From positions 20,088,001 to 20,152,000 of the forward strand of contig NC_134468.1 of NCBI RefSeq assembly GCF_964194025.1: a stretch of 64,000 nt of DNA, read 5' to 3'. Positions 41,562-53,510 of the stretch are shown here, one piece after another. The translations under genes were made by a program, and so were the position numbers. Positions within the stretch are counted from its first letter, which is position 1. Every line of letters starts with the position of its first letter. Source of the DNA: Convolutriloba macropyga. Its lineage: Eukaryota. The notes under the pieces were generated by a model that worked only from the letters and a program-made list of their open reading frames with translations, searched no databases and was not told the DNA's origin.

Positions 41562-44500
41562 GTACCGTTGTAAATGTCATAGCAGCATAAGCAGAAATTA
41601 TCATAACAACATTTCAACAGGCAAATTATAGGTGGCAACTAAAATGTCATATGAAGGAGAAAAGTATAACCACAGAGGGATTCGAACCCCCAAACTTCTG
41701 ATTCGAAGTCAGAAGTTTTATCCGCTAGGCTCTGCGCGCTTGGTAGAGACAGCACTGTAAAATTGTGTGTCTTTTTTGGGATACCTCAAAATTACATACT
41801 TACAGCCAGAAAAGAGGTGATCGTTAAATATAGGCCGAAAACCAAAAAATTGTGCAAATTTATCTTCAAATTGTTGCTCTCATCCTTCTCAATCAATTTA
41901 CTTGTAACGTTTGATCCTATGCATAATTGAAGGTAACTTATTTTCCAATTAAACTATATGGGGTTCTTTTCTTTGGTACCCTTGTAAATGCTATAGCAGC
42001 ATAAGCAGAAAATTTCATAGCAACATTATAAACATGCAATTTATAGGTAGCATCTATATTGTCAAAGGTACGAGAAAAGTGCGACCACAGAGGTATTCGA
42101 ACGCCCAGTCTTCTGATTCGAAGTATTAAATGTTCGCCTTATCGGTTAGGCTATGCGGCTTTGCAGTTAGCCTCACTCTGAACAATGTTTTTCTTTTTTC
42201 TTTACTTTTTTACAAATAATTAGGGGTTTCCCTAGTGACCTTGAAATATTGGCAGAAATTTAGAAATTTTTGGACATGCATCCGCAAAATGTTGCTCTCA
42301 TCCTCTCTAAAAAATTTACCTGTGTTTGCTCCGAAATTTACTTGCAGGTAATTTTATGTTCTATTTGACAATATGTGGCTCTTTTCCTTTGTAACTCTGT
42401 AAATGTCATAGCAGCATAAAAGAAAAGTGTCATACCAACATTGTGACATTCAAATTATAGGTATCTAACTACAATTTACCTGTGTTTGCACCGAAATGTA
42501 CTTGCAGGTAATTTTATGTTCTATTTGACAATATGTGGCTCTTTTCCTCTCTGAAAAATTTACCTGTGTTTGCACCGAAATTTACTTGCAGGTAATTTTA
42601 TGTTCTATTTGACAATATGTGGCTCTTTTCCTTTGTAACTCTGTAAATGTCATAGCAGCATAAAAGAAAAGTGTCATACCAACATTGTGACATTCAAATT
42701 ATAGGTATCTAACTACAATTTACCTGTGTTTGCACCGAAATGTACTTGCAGGTAAATTTATGTTCTATTTGACAATATGTGGCTCTTTTCCTCTCTAAAA
42801 AATTTACCTGTGTTTGCACCGAAATTTACTTGCAGGTAATTTTATGTTCTATTTGACAATATGTGGCTCTTTTCCTTTGTAACTCTGATAATGTCATAGC
42901 AGCCTAAAAGAAAAATGTCATACCAACATTGTGATATTAAAATTATAGGTATCTAACTACAAAGTACGGGAGAGGGATTCTAACCCCAATTTCTCTGCTT
43001 TGAAATCAGAATTTTTATCTGTTAGGCTATGCGGTCATGATACAGAGAACACTATACAATTTTCTGTGTCTGATTTTTTCTCGGATACCTCAAAATATAT
43101 ACTTAGAGTTGAAAACTAGAGGTATCCGTATTGATCTCGAAATACTGACAGGAAATTATTGAATTCCTTTGTACCACTGTCGATGTCATAGCAGCCTGAT
43201 AGAAAAATGGTATAGCAATACTGTATTATGAAAATTATAAGTAGCAACTATAATGTTAAATGTAGGAGAAACGTACGACCACAGAGGGATTCGGACACAC
43301 CATGTTGGGATTCATAGTCTAATGACTTATACCTTTGGCTATTTGGCACTGATGTTTAGCGTACCCTGACTGAAAAATGCCTGTCTTTTTTTCGGATACT
43401 TAGATTAGAGGTCTCCCTATTGATCTTGAAATGAAGGCGGAAAACAAAAAATCTTAGCAAATTTGTCCGCAAATTGTTGATCTCGTTCTTTTTAATAAAT
43501 TTTATGTTCTATTTGACAATATGTGGCTCTTTTCCTTTGTAACTCTGATAATGTCATAGCAGCCTAAAAGAAAAATGTCATACCAACATTGTGATATTAA
43601 AATTATAGGTATCTAACTACAAAGTACGGGAGAGGGATTCTAACTCCAATTTCTCTGCTTTGAAATCAGAATTTTTATCTGTTAGGCTATGCGGTCATGA
43701 TACAGAGAACACTATACAATTTTCTGTGTCTGATTTTTTCTCGGATACCTCAAAATATATACTTAGAGTTGAAAACTAGAGGTATCCGTATTGATCTCGA
43801 AATACTGACAGGAAATTATTGAATTCCTTTGTACCACTGTCGATGTCATAGCAGCCTGATAGAAAAATGGTATAGCAATACTGTATTATGAAAATTATAA
43901 GTAGCAACTATAATGTTAAATGTAGGAGAAACGTACGACCACAGAGGGATTCGGACACACCATGTTGGGATTCATAGTCTAATGACTTATACCTTTGGCT
44001 ATTTGGCACTGATGTTTAGCGTACCCTGACTGAAAAATGCCTGTCTTTTTTTCGGATACTTAGATTAGAGGTCTCCCTATTGATCTTGAAATGAAGGCGG
44101 AAAACAAAAAATCTTAGCAAATTTGTCCGCAAATTGTTGATCTCGTTCTTTTTAATAAATTTATCTGTAAAGTTTGTACCGAAGCATGATTTTGAGTAAC
44201 TTTATGTCCAATTTTACAATATGTGGCTTTTCCCTTTGTAGATCTGTAAATGTCATAGCAACATTGTAACAGGCAAATTATAGGTAGCTAACTACAATGT
44301 CATTTATACAAGAAAAGTACGGTCATAGTAGGATTCTAAACCCCAATTTTCTCTGCCTCGGAGCCAGATTCCTTGTCCGTTAAGCTATGCGGCCCTGATG
44401 TAGACAACACTGTAAAATTGTCTGTGTCTGATTTTTTTCGGATACTTCAAAATATATACTTGGAGCTTTAAAAAAGGTCCCCGTTTTGATCTTGAAATTT

Positions 44501-47500
44501 TGGCAGAGAACCAAAAATTTTGCAATTTTGTCTTTAAATTGTTGCTCTCGTCCTTTTTAAGAAGTTTACCTCTTACGTTTGCAACGAAGCATAATTGCGG
44601 ATTTTTTTGTCCAATTTAACAAAATGTGGCTCTTTTTCTTTGTACCACTGTAAATGTCATAGCAGTCTGATTGAAAATTGTTATAGCAAGTAACTTGCAA
44701 CTTATACATAGCAACTATAATGTTATATGTACGAAAAAAGTTTGACCAAATAGTGACTCGAACGCCCAATTTCGAGATTTTCAGTCAGACGCCTTATCCG
44801 TTAGGCTATTCGTTTTTGAAGTTAACAGCACTCTGAAAAATTTCTGTCTGTTTTCGGATACTTCAAATTTTTATACTTAGAGCTAAAAAATAGAGGTCTC
44901 CCTATTGATCTTTAAATATTGGCAGAAAACTAAAAATTTGTGCAAATTTGTCGGCAAAATGTTGCTCTCATCCTTTTTAATGAAGTTTACCTATAACGTT
45001 TGCACAGAATCATAATTGCGGGTAATTTTATGTCCACTTTAACCATATGCGGCTCTTTTCTTTTGTAACTCTGTAATTGTCATTGCAGCGTAAACGAAAA
45101 ATGTCATAGCTAAGTTTTAACAGGCAAACTATAGGTATCTAACTACAATGTCATATATACAAGAAAAGGCCATAGAGGGATTTTAAGTCACAATGCTCTG
45201 CTTTGAAGTCAGAAACCTTATCCTTTAGAATATGCGGCAGTGATATAGACAACATCATGAAAATCTGTGTGTGATTTTGTTTTGATACTTCAAAATATAT
45301 ACTTAGAACTAAACATTAGAGGTCTCCATATTGATCTGCAAATATTGACAGAAAGCTCGAAATTTTTGCAAGTTCATCCGCAAACTGTTGCTCTCATCCC
45401 TCTTAATCAATTTACCTTCAACGTTTGCCCCTATGCATAATTTCGGGTAACGTTTCTACGGGCTAACTATATGTGGCACTTTTCTTTTGTACCACTGTCA
45501 ATGTTTGCCTGATTGAAAAGTGTGATAGCATAATTGTAAAATGTAAATTATAGGCAGAAACTATAATGGCGTCTGAGAAGATCGCGACCACAGAGGGATC
45601 CGAATCCCCAACTCTCTGCTTTGAAGTCAGAAGTTTCATCCTTTCGGCTACGCGGCCTTAATAATGACAGCTCTACAAAAGGTCGTTCTGATTTTTTTTG
45701 GATACTTCAAATGATATACTTAGAGCTAAAAACTAGATCCGTAATGATCGAAAATATTTGCAAAAAAACTAACTTTTTTTGCAAGTTGATCCGCAAATTA
45801 TTGCTCTCGTCCTTAATCAATTTACCTGTAACGTCTGCAATTATGCATAGTTGCGGGTTACTTTTTTTCAGTTTAACTATATATGGTTCTTTTCCTCTTT
45901 ATTACTGTCAATGTCATAGCAGCATGGTTGAAAAATGTTATAGCAACATTGTAAAATGCAAAAAATAAATAGCAACTATAATATTATGTGTACGAGAAAA
46001 GTTCGACAAAAGAGAGATTCGAACACCCAATATTGGGATTCGCAGTCAAACCTACGCAGAATTGGGGTAATTTTTTTCAGTTTAATTATATGTGGCTCTT
46101 GTCCTTTGTACTACTCAAAATGTCATAGCGGCCTGATTGAAAAATATTATAGCGACATTGTAACCCGCAAATTATAAATAGCAATTCTATTTTTATATGT
46201 AAGAGAAAAATTCGACCACAGAGGCATTCGAACAAAAAATGTGTGGATTTGCAATTAAAAGCCTTATTTGTGAGGCTATGCGGCCTTGATGTTCAATGCA
46301 CTCTCAAAAATGTCTGTCTTTTTTCGGATAGTTCGAAGTTTTATACTCAGAGCTAAAAAAATAGAGTTATAGATCTTAAAATATTGGCAAAAAACTAAAA
46401 GTTTCTGCAGATTTATCCGGAAATTGTTGCTCTCGTACTTCTTAAAAAATTTAATTGTAATGTTTGCACAGAACTATTATTGCAGGTAACTTTTTTTCCA
46501 GTTAGACTATATGTGGTTCTTTTCCTTTGTACAACTCTAAATGTCATAGCAGCCTAAACGAAGAATTTTATAGCAAAATTATATAGGCATATTATAGGTA
46601 GTAAACTACAGTGTCTTAAATAAGGGGAAAGTACGGTCATTGAGGGATTCTGATCCCAATCCTCTTCTTCGAAATCAGAAACCTTATCCGTTAGGCTATG
46701 CGGCAGTGATATTGACAACACTGTATAAATTTCTGGGTGCGATTTTCTTTCGGATTCTACTTAGAGCTAACAAATAGAGCTCTCCGTTTTGATCTAGAAA
46801 TATTTCTTTCATCCTTCTGAATCAGTTTCCTGTAACGTTTGCGCTGAATAATGAATGCGGGTTTCTTTAATTTCAATTTATTTATATGTGGCTCTTTTCC
46901 TTTGTACCACTGTCTTTGTCATAGCAGCATAATTGAAAAATGTCATAGCAACATTATAACATGCAAATTATAAATGGCACCTATAATGTTATATGTACGA
47001 GAAAAGCTCGACCGCCGAGGGATTCGAAATTCAATGTTCGGATTTGCAGTCAAAAGCTTTATGCGTCAGGCTACGCGGCCTTGATGTTGATTGAACTCTG
47101 AAAAACGTCTGTCTTTTTCGGATACTTCAAAATTTAACAATTAGAAATAAAAAATGCAGGTGTTCTTTTTTGAGATTGAAGTATTGGCAGAAAACTAAAA
47201 ATATCTGCAAATTTGTGCGCAAATTGTTGCTCTCATCCTTTTTATTGAATTTACTTGTAACCTCTGCACCGAAAAATGTCTGTCTTTTTTCGGATACTTA
47301 GATTAGAGGTCTCCCTATTGATCTTGAAATGAAGGCAGAAAACAAAAAATCTTTGCAAATTTATCCGCAAATTGTTGCTCATCCTTTTTAATAATTTTAT
47401 TTGTAAAGTTTGTACCGAAGCATGATAGCGGGTAACTTTATGTCCAATTTAACAATTTGTAGCTCTTTTCGTCTGAAGATCTCTAACGGCCATAGCAGCA

Positions 47501-50500
47501 TAAGCAAAAAATATCATAGCAACATTGTAGCATGCAAATTATAGGTAGCAACTATAGTGTTATATTAAAGAGAAAAGTACTTCCATAGCGGGCTTGATGT
47601 TTACAGCTCTCTCAACATTTCTGTGTCTTGTTTTAAGGATACCTGAATAATACATACTTAGAGCTAAAAAATAGATCCTAAATTTTTTGCAGAAAGCCAA
47701 AAATTTTGCTAATCTATCGGAAAATTATTGCTCTCATGCTTCATAATAAATTTACCTGTAACGCTTGCACCGAAGAATAATTGCGGGTTACTTTATTTTC
47801 ACTATATCTGGCTCTTGTCCTCAGTATCACTGTAAATCTGATAGCCGCATAAACAAAGATTGTCATAGCAACATCGACAGGCAAATTAAATGTAGCTAAC
47901 TAATATGTCATATGTACGATGAAAGAATGACCAACGAGGGATTAGAACCCCCAATTATCTGCTTCGTAGTCAGAAATCCTATCCGTTAAGCTATGCGGCC
48001 TTGATGTTGAAAGCACTTTAACAAATTCTTGTGTCTGGTTTTTTTCGGGCACTTCAATTTATACACTTAGAGCTGAAAACTAGAGATTCCCGTTTTGATC
48101 TGGAAAAATTGGCAGAAAATTAAATTGTTTTCAAATTTGTCCCCAAATTGTTGCTTTCATCCTTTTTAATCAATTTACTGGTAGCGTGTGCTCCTCTACA
48201 TAATTGCGGGTAACTTAATTTCCATTTGAACTATATGTGGCTCTTTTCCTTTGTACCGTTGTAAATATAGCTGCATAAGCAGAAAATATGGCAACATTGT
48301 ATCCGGCAAATTGTCATATGGCAAAATATCATAGCAGCATAAACGAAATTTTTTTTAGCAAGGTTGTAACAAGCATATTAAAGGTTCTAAACTACAGTGT
48401 CGTAAATACGGGGAAAGTACGGCTATAGAGGGAGTCTAAACCCAAACTTCTTTTTCGAAATCAGAAACTTTATCCGTATGGCTATGCGGTCGTGATATTG
48501 ACAACACTCTAAAAATTTCTGGGTCAGATCTTTCTTTGGATACGTCAAGTTATATTCTTAAAGCCATAAAAGGAGGTCTCCGTTTTGATCTAGAAATATT
48601 GGCAGAAAACAAAAATTTTTTGCAAATTTATCAGCAACTATTTGCTTTCATCCTTCTGGATCAGTTTACCTGTAACGTTTGCGCCGAATAATAAATGGTG
48701 GTTTCTTTATTTTCAATTTATTTATATTTGGCTCTTTTTCTTTGTACCACTGTCATTGTCATATCAGCATAATTAAAAAATGTCATAGCAACATTGTAAC
48801 ATGCAAATTATAAGCGGCACTTATAATGTTATACGTACAAGAAAAGGTCGACCACAGATGGATTCGAAATTCAATGTTCGGATTCGCAGTCAAACGCTTT
48901 ATGCGTCAGGTTACGCTGCCATAAAGCGTTCAGGTTATGCGGCCTTGATGTTGATAGAACTCTGAAAAATGTCTGTCTTTCTTCGGATACTTCAAAATTT
49001 TATAATTAGAGCTAAAAATAGAGGTGTTCTTTTTGAGAATGAAATATTGGCAAAAAACTAAAAGTATTTATGCGCATAAGCAAAAAATATAATAGCAACA
49101 TTGTAGCATGCAAATTATAGGTAGCAACTATAGTGTTATATTAAAGAGAAAAGTACTTCCATAGCGGGCTTGATGTTGACAGCACTCTCAAAATGTCCAT
49201 GTCTTGTTTTTTATTATACCCGAATAATACATACTTAGAGCTAAAAAATAGAGGTCTTCGTATGGATCTTAAAGTTTTAGCAGGAAGCCAAAAATTTGGC
49301 TAATATAACGGAAAATTGTTGCTCTCATGCTTCTTAATAAATTTACCTGTAACGTTTGCAACGAAGAATAATTGTGGGTTACTTTATTTCCACTATGTCT
49401 TGCTCTTGTCCTCTGTGTCACTGTAAATATGATCGCCGCATAAACAAAAATCGCCATAGCAACATCGACAGACAAGTTATATGTAGCTACACAATATGTC
49501 ATATGTACGATGAAAGAAGGACCAACGAGGGATTAGAACCCCCAATTGTCTGCTTCGTTGTCAGAAATCTTATCCGTTAAGCTATGCGGCCTTGATGTTG
49601 AAAGCACTCTAACACATTCGTGTCTCTGGTTTTTTTCGGGCACTTCAATTTATATACTTTGAGCCAAAAACTAGAAATCCCCGTATTGATCTGGAAAAAT
49701 TGGCAGAAAATTCAAATGTTTTCAAATTTATGCGCAAATTGTTGCTTTCATCCTTTTTAATGAATTTACTGGTAACGTGTGCGGTGTGCTCCTATGCATA
49801 ATTGCGGATACCAACTAACAATATGTGGCTCTTTTCCTTTTGCAAATATAAACTCTGCAAGTATTAAAGCAGCGTAATCAAAAATATCATCGCCCCATTG
49901 TAACATGCAAATTGTAGGTAGCAACTATATTGTCATGTGTCGTTGACAAAAACGACCAAAGTGGGATTGGAATTCTGCTTCCAAGTAAGAAACCATATCT
50001 GTTAGGCTAAGCTGCCTTTGATTTAGACAACACTCTAAAAAATATGTTTATCAGATTTTTTTTCGGATACTTCACATTATGTACTTAGAGCTAAATAAAT
50101 AGAGGTCCCCGTATTGATCTTGAAATTTTTGTAGAAAACTAATGACTGATGCACTCTTATCCCCAAATTGTTGCACTCATCCTTTTTAATGAATTTTCCT
50201 GTAACGTTTGCACCTAGTCATAATTGCGGGTAGCTCTTTTTTCTCTTTAACTATATGTGGTTATGTTTCTTTGTACCACTGTCAATGCCATATTAGCATA
50301 ATTGAAAAATGTTATAGCAACGTTGTAACATGCAGATTATAGTTTGCAACTATATTGTCATATGTACGAGCAAAGTACGACCAGAGAGGGATTCAAACCC
50401 CCAATCTTCTGATTCGAATTGAGAAACATTATCCGCTAGACTATGCACTCTTGGTAGAGAAAGCACTCTCAAAATGTCTGTGTCTTTTTTTGGATACCTC

Positions 50501-53500
50501 AAAATTACATACTTAGGGCTGTAAGAAATAGAGTCTTCGTATTGATCTTAAAATTTAGAGAGAAAACCAAAAAGTAAATTAAAAATGTATCGGAAAATTG
50601 TCGGTCTCAACCTTCTCAATAATTTTACTTATAAACCTTGCGCCAAAGAATAATAACTGGTTACTTTTTTTTTCACTTTAACTATATCTGTCTCTTGTCC
50701 GTTGTACCGCTATAAATGTCATTGCCGCATAAACGAAAAATGTCATACCAACCTTGTAACAGGCAAATTATAAGTACCTAACTATACTCTCATAGGTACG
50801 ATAAAAAATACGACCTAGCAGGGATTAGAACCCTCAATTCTCTGCTTCCAAGTCAGAACCCTTATCTGTTAGGCTATGCGGCTCTGATCTTGACAGCACT
50901 CTAAAGTGTTTATAAGTCTGATTTTTTTTCGGATACTTCAATTTACACACTTAGAGCTAAAATTTAGAGATCCCGTTTTGATCTAGAAATTTCGGCAGAA
51001 AACTAAATTGGTTGCAAATTTATCCGCATATTGTTGGTCTCATCTTTTTTATTCAATTTACTTGTAATGTTTGCTCCTATGCATACTTGAGGGTACCTTA
51101 ATTTCCAGTTGAACTATATATGGCTCTTTTCCTATGTACTGTTGTAAATGTCATAGCAGCATAAGCAGAAAATATCATCGCAACATTGTAACAGGCAATT
51201 CATGGTAGCAACTAAATTGTCATATGTACGAGAAAACTACGAACACACAGGGATTCAAACCCTCAAACATCTGATTCGAAGTCAGGAGTTTTATAAGCTA
51301 GGCTCTGCGCGCCTGGTAGAGACAGCACTCTAAAACTGTCTTTGTCTCTACATACAGCTAAAAAAGAGAGGTCTCCGTATTGATCTTGAAATATATGCAG
51401 AAAACCAAAAAGTTCTGCAAATTTATCCGCAAATTGTTTCTCTAGTCATTCATAATAAATAGTAACGTCGTAACATGGTAACATGCAATTTATAGATGGC
51501 AACTATAATATTATATGTCCAAGAAAAGTACGACCAGAGAGGATTTTTACTTTAAATTTTCTGCTTCGAAATTAGAAAGCTTAGGCCTTGAAGTAGATAA
51601 CACTCTAGTTGATGTCTTTGTCTAATTTTTTTCGGATGTCTCAAATTATACACATAGAGCAAAAATTTAGAGCTTTTCGTTTTGATGTGTAAATGTTGGC
51701 CGAAAATTAAAACATTTTTGTTGATTTGTCCGCAATTTGTTGCTCTCATCCTTTTTAATAAATTTACCTGCAACATTTGCACCGAAGCATAATTGCGGGT
51801 AACTTCTGTCCAATTTTACTATATGTGGCTCTTTTCCGTTTGCAAATTTAAACTCTGCAAATATTAAAGCAGCGTAATCAAAAATATCATCGCTCCATTG
51901 TAACATGCAAATTGTAGGTAGCAACTATATTGTCATATGTCGTTGACAAAAACGACCACAGAGGGATTGAAATTCTGCTTCCAAGTAAGAAACCATATCT
52001 GTTAGGCTAAGCTGCCTTTGATATAGACAACACTCTAAAAAATGTGTTTATCAGATTTTTTTTCGGATACTTCACATTATGTACTTAGAGCTAAATAAAT
52101 AGAAGTCCCCGTATTGATCTTGAAATTTTTGTAGAAAACTAATGACTGATGCACTCTTATCCCCAAATTGTTGCACTCATCCTTTTTAATGAATTTTCCT
52201 GTAACGTTTGCACCTAGTCATAATTGCGGGTAGCTCTTTTTTCTCTTTAACTATATGTGGTTATGTTTCTCTGTACCACTGTCAATGCCATATTAGCATA
52301 ATTGAAAAATGTTACAGCAACATTGTAACATGCAGATTGTAGTTTGCAACTATATTGTCATATGTACGTGAAAAGTGCGACCACAGAGGGTTTCAAACCC
52401 CAATCTTCTTATTCGAAGTCAGTCACTGTATCCGTTAGGCTATGCGCGCTTGATAGCTTCAGCACTCTAAATATCTCGTTGTCCTATATTTTTGTATAGC
52501 TCAAAATTACATACTTAACCTAAAAATAGAGGTCTCCATATTGATCTTGAAATATTGGCAGAAAACCAAAAAAATTGCAAATATATCTGAAAATCGTCGC
52601 TCTCATCCTTTTGAATAAATTTACTTGTTAATGTTGATTCGGAATAGTTGCGTTATGGAGTAAGGTATTCTGTGCAAATCCCGCTATAATCATTCGCTGA
52701 GTCGCGTTGACAGAATTTGTGTTCATAAGCTTGCTTAGAGCTAATAAATGATTTTGCGTTGATATTGGTTTTCATATCCTATTAAGAGCTGGTATTGGCG
52801 ATATGCAATTTATATATGCACCATTATAAGGGTGTTAAGATCTCAATTATGTAGAAGTGCGGGTTTAGTTCTAACTCTACAGTAATTATACGCTACAAAT
52901 TTACTCAATTATGGTTCCCAAATTTCATTGTTGATAATTTTGCAAGCTTTTGCTTTGTCAAGCCGCAGTGTGCGCTGATTGAAAATTGAACTCATAATGA
53001 AGATAAATTGTGAATGGGAGCTCTTAAGATGCTAGCTTCAGAACTGAGTCATCGATCGGCCGAATATGACTAACTATAGTTATAGATGACTCCCATTAGT
53101 TCATTTTGGTGGATCCTTTATTGTCATTAAGAATCATAGTGAGTGCCATTTTGAGCAGTCTAGTGACGAAATTATGTGTGCATTTTTTTATGCCCTTTAC
53201 GTTGATAGTTACGTAGTAGAGACCGTGAGCCAAAATTTAGGCACCTCCCAAAAATTAATATTTTGCTCCCTTCTGAAAAGGTTAGTTATTTTTATAATAT
53301 CGTTCCTGTAATAATACATCAACAACCATATAATGTAACAATTTTCAAGAAAATTATAGTATTACACCACTTTACAAAGCTCGTAAGTACGAACTAAAAG
53401 TGCAATAAGAACAACTTTTTGGTTGATGTTTACATTATATGCAGTAACTTTCTCCTATACACATAATATTTTCAAACCTCCGCTCTAATAGTATCTTCTA

Positions 53501-53510
53501 AATGGTGTCC

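Larger units (their letters stand above)
1..52630 (-). repeat. Tandem array of ~410-bp units, each containing a tRNA-Arg(UCG) gene or pseudogene (about 120 units; continues beyond left window edge)
   Basis: The motif cgaccacagagggattcgaacccccaatcttctgattcgaagtcagacgccttatccgttaggctatgcggcc, or a recognisable derivative, recurs every ~400-430 bp with a conserved spacer (cggatacttcaaaatatatacttagagc...gcaaattgttgctctcatcc...ttacctgtaacg...gtcatagcagc...gagaaaagta). The copy number is an estimate, not a count. Confidence 0.97.

Noticed and set aside
45585-45657. Functional selenocysteine or opal-suppressor tRNA
   Set aside because: No long variable arm or Sec architecture, and the D stem and B box are broken; it is a decayed Arg copy.
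1314-51924. Dozens of 60-125-aa ORFs, many recurring (e.g. MRKVRPQRDSNPQSSDSKSDALSVRLC…)
   Set aside because: They are translations of the tRNA antisense strand and spacer, recur only because the DNA repeats, and frames are not preserved between units.
1-52630. CRISPR-like repeat-spacer interpretation
   Set aside because: Spacers are homologous to one another and ~340 bp long, the repeat is a eukaryotic tRNA, and there are no cas genes.
1-52630. Cluster of tRNA-derived SINE insertions
   Set aside because: Strict head-to-tail arrangement with shared upstream flanks, a terminator right after the tRNA, and no poly(A) tails or TSDs indicate DNA-level amplification.
53217-53250. Possible Tc1-like terminal inverted repeat (tagagaccgtgagccaaaatttaggcacc)
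   Set aside because: No matching inverted partner found in the window.
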